Shown here: one piece after another, positions 60,740 through 64,000 of the stretch
Layout: each line of letters opens with the position of its first letter
How positions within the stretch are numbered: position 1 is the first letter of the stretch
From: Camelus dromedarius
Taxonomy: Eukaryota
Direction of reading: 5' to 3'
DNA length: 64,000 nt
NCBI RefSeq assembly: GCF_036321535.1
Contig: NC_087436.1
Span: forward strand, 44,828,001-44,892,000
Notes under the pieces: generated by a model
Database searches by the model: none
What the model saw: the letters and a program-made list of their open reading frames with translations, nothing else
What the model was told of the DNA's origin: nothing
Made by a program: the position numbers and the translations under genes

Positions 60740-61200
60740 TAACTGATTAATTTGCATGCACACAAAGATCTAGCTACAAGGATGTTTATGTAACCATTTT
60801 ATCATAGAAAAACTTAGGAACCACCTACTGTCCAATAGTAGGCCACTAGGGAAATGAACATGGTCTATTCCAACCACACAGTACAGCTTAACCATTTAGA
60901 TTATTATTATTATTAAAGACCAGCTAAATGTCATGGGGAAAATGTTCATTATCAACTCAAGTGATGAAAAAGATTACAGAATAAGGGCATTGTATAATGC
61001 TATTTTTGCAACAACAACAAAAATGGATGTATAGAGGTAACTAAAAAATTGTGTGCTACAATATTAATGGTATGATTTAAAAGTAAACTGGAATTTTACA
61101 TGGTTTTCATTTTCTTTTTTTTTGCTGATCCAGCATTAAAAAAAAAGCATTAAAAAAATGGAACATATACCATTCTTGTAACATAAATATAAAAACCTTT
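60740..61200 (+). mobile_element. L1ME-like 3' fragment
   Basis: cacaaagatctagctacaaggatgttt...aaccacctactgtccaatagtagg. Confidence 0.6.
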
Positions 61201-61339
61201 AAAAAGAAAAATAATATTGTCGTTTTGGAATACTATTAGAAAATCTTCCCAGAAGAAAGCTAAATAAAAAAACAAAACATAACAAATTTCAGTTGTTTAA
61301 AATGAACATTCAAAAGTGTAACTAAGACTCAAATAGACA

Positions 61340-61950
61340 AAAAATGCCAGTCCCAGTCGTTTTTTCTCCATCTCCATTGTCCATCCTTGCTTAAACCCTC
61401 CTATTCACTGGCCCTAGATTTTCCTTTATTCAATTATTTTGCGGATTTTATGGAATTTTCCCTCTCTGCTCAAAAGCCACCAGTGGCTCCCTCTCACTTA
61501 CCACATTGGAATCAAAATTCTGTTCCTGGATTTCAATCCTTCTAGCCATCCAAATGCTCTTCCTTAAAACTAGCTCCTTTCTTCAGAATAATTGCTGGCT
61601 TCTGAACACACATCATGCATGACTTTCTACTTTTTCTCTCCCTCTTTTATATTTAATTTCAGGCTTTTCTTTAAGGTTCATTTCAAGCTCTACTTCTTAC
61701 AGACAACTTGTCCTTCCTAGCTCAAGCTCATCACTGAATTCCCATCTTGTGAGTCAGCTAGACAACATATCCCAGCACACACGTATGTGCTTTCTGTTTT
61801 ATCCAACTGTTTTCTGTATCAAGTCTGTCTCATGTGAGTATAATTTCCTAGAAAGCCCTGAAAATATTCTATTTTTTCTATAATTTTTGCAATAACTTTC
61901 ACTATATTTGATACATGGCAGGCACTCAATAAACATTTGATAGATTAATA
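61340..61950 (+). mobile_element. L2 3' region
   Basis: ctctgctcaaaagccaccagtggctccc...tacatggcaggcactcaataaacatttga. Confidence 0.75.
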
Positions 61951-62796
61951 GATAAGATTAATACATTCTTATACCATCAGTAAACAATTTATATTTTGAA
62001 TGGCTGGTTTGCCATTGTCCATTTCTATCAGTTCTCAAAAGCTAATAGTGACTAAGAAGAGATGTTGATATATGTATTTGATCTTCATAAAACATCAATC
62101 TGGGCTAAAAAGTGAGAAACAGAATGAGAGTTATTATATCTCACACTGCTTACATATCATTTTATAATCTATAACATTTAAAAAAACATATTCTGGAATA
62201 GAAATAATATGCTAAACTTGACTAAAGAGTTTGATGATGAATGATAAAAATATAATAACAAAATGATAAGGAATGTGAGACATTTTTCTCAAAACACAGC
62301 AAGCTACTGACATTATAACAAATCAATGTGTTTTCAAATTTTGCATTTTAACCAAAAATGTTATCCTCAGCAAAGCCTAATTTAATAAACAGAAAGTCAG
62401 AGTCTTATTTCTTTTGGTAGAGGAGCAGAATGACGGTAATTCAGCTGGAGACAGAAAAGAAACAATTATGACAAGATCAAATAGCTACTAGGTATCATCG
62501 CTCGCTGGTGTAACGGCAGCATCTCTGAGTTTGTACAGTGCCGTTACTGCATATACCATCTTCATGGTCCTAAGTTCGCAATCACATAATCAATGGTTGT
62601 CAGACCACAAATGGTTGAAATCATCAGATTAAGCATCCAGAGTCATATTTCTTATCCAGAACAACCACCCTGAGTAGAAATCAGGGGAATACAATTTTTC
62701 ATGGGCGCTTACTCATAACTAAAGCACCTCTATCTGATGTGGCAGAACATGTCAAAATATTCTTGTTATCTGCTTAAACCTGAAACTCTAAGGGAT

Positions 62797-63335
62797 TTAT
62801 ATGTGGAATCTAAACTGAATTCATAGAACAGAGAACAGATCAGTGGTTGCCAGAGGTGGGGGACCGGGGTAGAGGAAATGAGTGAAGGAGGTCCTTATAA
62901 CTTCTAGTTATAAAATAAATGTTCTGGGGATATAATGTACAGCATGACTATAGTTAACAATACTGTATTGTACATTTGAAAGTTGCTAAGTGTAGACCTC
63001 TTTTGTTTGTTTGTTTTTGTTTTTAAATTTTGGGGGAGAGGTAATTAAGTTTTTTACTTATTTATTTAACAGAGGCACTAGGGATTAAACCCAGGACCTC
63101 GTGCATGCTAAGCAAGCGCTCTATACTGAGCAATACCCTCATCCCAAAAGAGTAGATCTTAAAAGAGCTCATGAGAAGAAAAAAATTGTAACTACATGAA
63201 GTGATGGATATTGACTAAAGTTTTTGTGGTGATCATTTTGCAATATTTGCAAGTATCAATTCATTATGTTGTACACTTTAAACTAATACAATGCTTTATA
63301 TCAATTATATCTGAATAAAACTTCAGGAAAAATAA
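62797..63335 (+). mobile_element. L1MA9-like 3' UTR, interrupted by a SINE
   Basis: tatatgtggaatctaaa...gtggttgccagagg...atgtacagcatgactatagttaacaatactgtattg...tcaattatatctgaataaaac. Confidence 0.88.
63001..63145 (-). mobile_element. Vic-1-like tRNA-derived SINE (long-tail form)
   Basis: Same layout as the 43055 copy (gggattaaacccaggacctcgtgcatgctaagcaagcgctctatactgagc); degenerate TSD aagtgtagacct/aagagtagatct within the host L1. Confidence 0.9.
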
Positions 63336-64000
63336 AATCTTAAACCTAGAAGCCTCATGAAAGCAAAGAATACTAACATGTCAAAAAGCATGAATTACAT
63401 TTGATTTTTTTCCTGAAAAAATGTACTATTAGAGAAAATGTGAAGAATTGTACTTATCCAGGTTCGACTTGAAATGGCTTGTGTTTAAATGATGCTCAAT
63501 CAAAGCTCACTGTATTAAAGGAAAAAACAAATGTGAGATAAAACGCCCTGTTCTCCTTTAAAGAATGTTGTAGATTTCTTAGTTAGTCTTTCATCAACCA
63601 GATACTTCGACAAAGATACACAGGGCTTTGGGGAATTTGACTTCTGCAGCCCTTGCTAGGGTCCTAGAGGACTTGGGAGGAATTCTAAATAAACAGTCTT
63701 TCAGCTCAACCTAGCCACGAAGCGCTTACAAGCCTCTCTCCCCATCCTTTCAGTGGGCTTTACTAGTTCTCCAGCAGCCTACACTCATCAAAACGCAGGA
63801 GTCCTAGATTATCAGAAACCAGATCCTGTTGGGATGAGTAAATACCAATCAACAGGCCCATTAGCTTCCAGAGGCCTCCCTACTTTGTTTATAGTAAACA
63901 GGGCGACAGCCAGCACCCTGAGGCCTGGTCCTTCTGAATTTTTTATTCCACTTCTGTGTTGTTTGTCTGCCTGTTTCTAGGATTTTTCTGTGCTGCACTC

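Noticed and set aside
1..64000. CRISPR array, operon or prokaryote-type defence system
   Set aside because: The sequence is mammalian repeat-rich non-coding DNA; no regularly spaced repeat-spacer units and no long ORFs

Overview
AT-rich, CpG-depleted, repeat-dense mammalian non-coding DNA (large intron or gene desert). Three copies of a tRNA-derived SINE with the Vic-1 architecture point to a camelid genome (Camelus/Vicugna/Lama); this is an inference from repeat recognition, not from a database search. I found no recognisable host protein-coding exon, rRNA, intact tRNA or CRISPR array. The only ORF in the track I can assign is a dead LINE-1 ORF2 C-terminus (40359-40712); the rest look like chance ORFs, repeat remnants or microsatellite translations. 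Much of the window is fossil transposons (MIR, L2, L3/CR1, L1M, MaLR/MLT, ERV1 solo LTRs, hAT MERs), often nested and several with readable target-site duplications. The best non-repeat signals are a CpG-retaining ETS/E-box promoter-like island (~33160-33360), a phase-compatible pair of exon-like segments (41243-42054), a MER41-like LTR with a STAT-type site, a TE-poor block with a p53-family-like site and a perfect 15-bp-arm palindrome (~10330-11700), an atypical inverted L1 insertion (36477-36920) and a degenerate tRNA-like/hairpin element (~62500-62590). I cannot support a claim of a new biological system. Repeat family names are from recalled consensus sequences and boundaries are approximate unless a TSD is cited.
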